From Octopus sinensis (lineage: Eukaryota), in contig NC_042999.1 in assembly GCF_006345805.1 (NCBI RefSeq), positions 51,088,001 through 51,152,000 of the forward strand: DNA of 64,000 nt. The letters run 5' to 3'. Shown piece after piece: positions 63,087 through 64,000 of this stretch. Position numbers and translations under genes: made by a program. Positions within the stretch are counted from its first letter, which is position 1. The number at the start of each line of letters is the position of its first letter. The notes below the pieces were generated by a model. That model was not told the DNA's origin. It ran no database searches and was given only the letters and a program-made list of their open reading frames with translations.

Positions 63087-63349
63087 GAGGGAATTCACAA
63101 AAAAACGAAAGAGGAAGATAGGTGGTGTAGACATCAAACGGATGTATTAGTTTAACACTCAGGAAGTGAAAAGTCTTTAACGTTTTGAGCATACGCTCTT
63201 CCACAGGAAGGAATGCAGAAAGAAACAAGGGGAGAAAATAAAGAATGTGTAGTCGCTAGTATGTATACATGTTCCCCAAATAGCATCTGTCTAGGGATCC
63301 TGCTATCCTTCATTCTAATAAGTCCAACATAACTGATGCTTGTGCACCA

Positions 63350-63790
63350 TCACCTCGATACTCAAGACATCAGCTTTCCTCAAGACTTATGTGTTTGGAA
63401 TTTTTAAGAGACCTCGGCAGAAACCAAGGCTGTGATATAAGGCTTGTGTCAAGTCCTCATTAAAGGTCTGTGATATGCAGGAGAGTGACTGGGAGAGCAA
63501 AGACCAGCATCCCCACAGATGGAGGAAGCAGGTTAAGGAGGGGATCAACATCTTTGAAAGAGCATGTATTCTTCATGAAGAATTTAAGCATGCTGCTCGA
63601 AAGCACACTGCTGGTGTAGTGAATTGGGAAAGCTTGGTTTGCAATGTTTGCAGTCGTATATGCTTGTCAAGAGCAGGGCTCATTAGCCACCAACAGAGCC
63701 ACAAATGCAAAATATAAGTTAGTCCAAGAGCGCACAATGTTCCTGAAGGTCAGCAATGATCTTCCTCGGTCATGAGTGGATGGTCATCAT
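63350..63790 (+). pseudogene. RTE-clade LINE 3' end with C-terminal zinc-finger-like motif
   Basis: KRPRQKPRL*YK..VK..LKVC..DWE..W..GINIFE..RK..LVCNVCSRICLSRAGLISHQQSH, typical of RTE ORF C-termini. Confidence 0.8.
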
Positions 63791-63858
63791 GTATGTATGT
63801 ATATACAGTCCAAACCATGCCAACATGGAAAACAGACATTAAATTATGACAACGATGT

Positions 63859-63890
<32 letters not shown>

Positions 63891-64000
63891 TTGGATGAAT
63901 GACTTCAAGAAGATTTGAACTTAGAATGTAAAAAAACAGAATATTAATAGGCCATTTTTTCCAATGCTTTAATGATTCTGCCAATTGATCAGCATTAATA

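Overview
This is eukaryotic, AT-rich, microsatellite-dense DNA. The repeat content resembles an octopod cephalopod genome (inference, not verified). The window is almost entirely intronic or intergenic. No host gene can be named; there is one candidate GC3-biased exon on the minus strand (4339-4564). Most long six-frame ORFs are artefacts of triplet or dinucleotide repeats. Mobile elements seen: four recurrent short retroposon families (labelled A-D here), fragments of R4/Dong-like, HERO-like, RTE/BovB-like, RTE and CR1 LINEs, Penelope-type termini carrying hammerhead-ribozyme cores, two decayed mariner transposons and mariner-like MITEs, several Helitrons (one with a Pif1-helicase remnant) and a U6 snRNA retrocopy. 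The most interesting observations are: (1) two diverged copies of one unclassified retroelement, each inserted at the same nucleotide of the tRNA-like head of SINE family A with 15-17 bp TSDs, suggesting a SINE/tRNA-targeting site-specific retrotransposon; (2) a tRNA-headed short element with a Penelope-type hammerhead tail that forms foldbacks at two loci; (3) a U6-retroposon chimera; (4) a near-perfect hairpin with 180-bp arms; (5) composite head-to-tail Helitrons in which different 5' ends share one 3' terminus. Coordinates of diverged repeats are approximate (about 10-20 bp); TSD, hairpin and Helitron terminus coordinates were counted directly.
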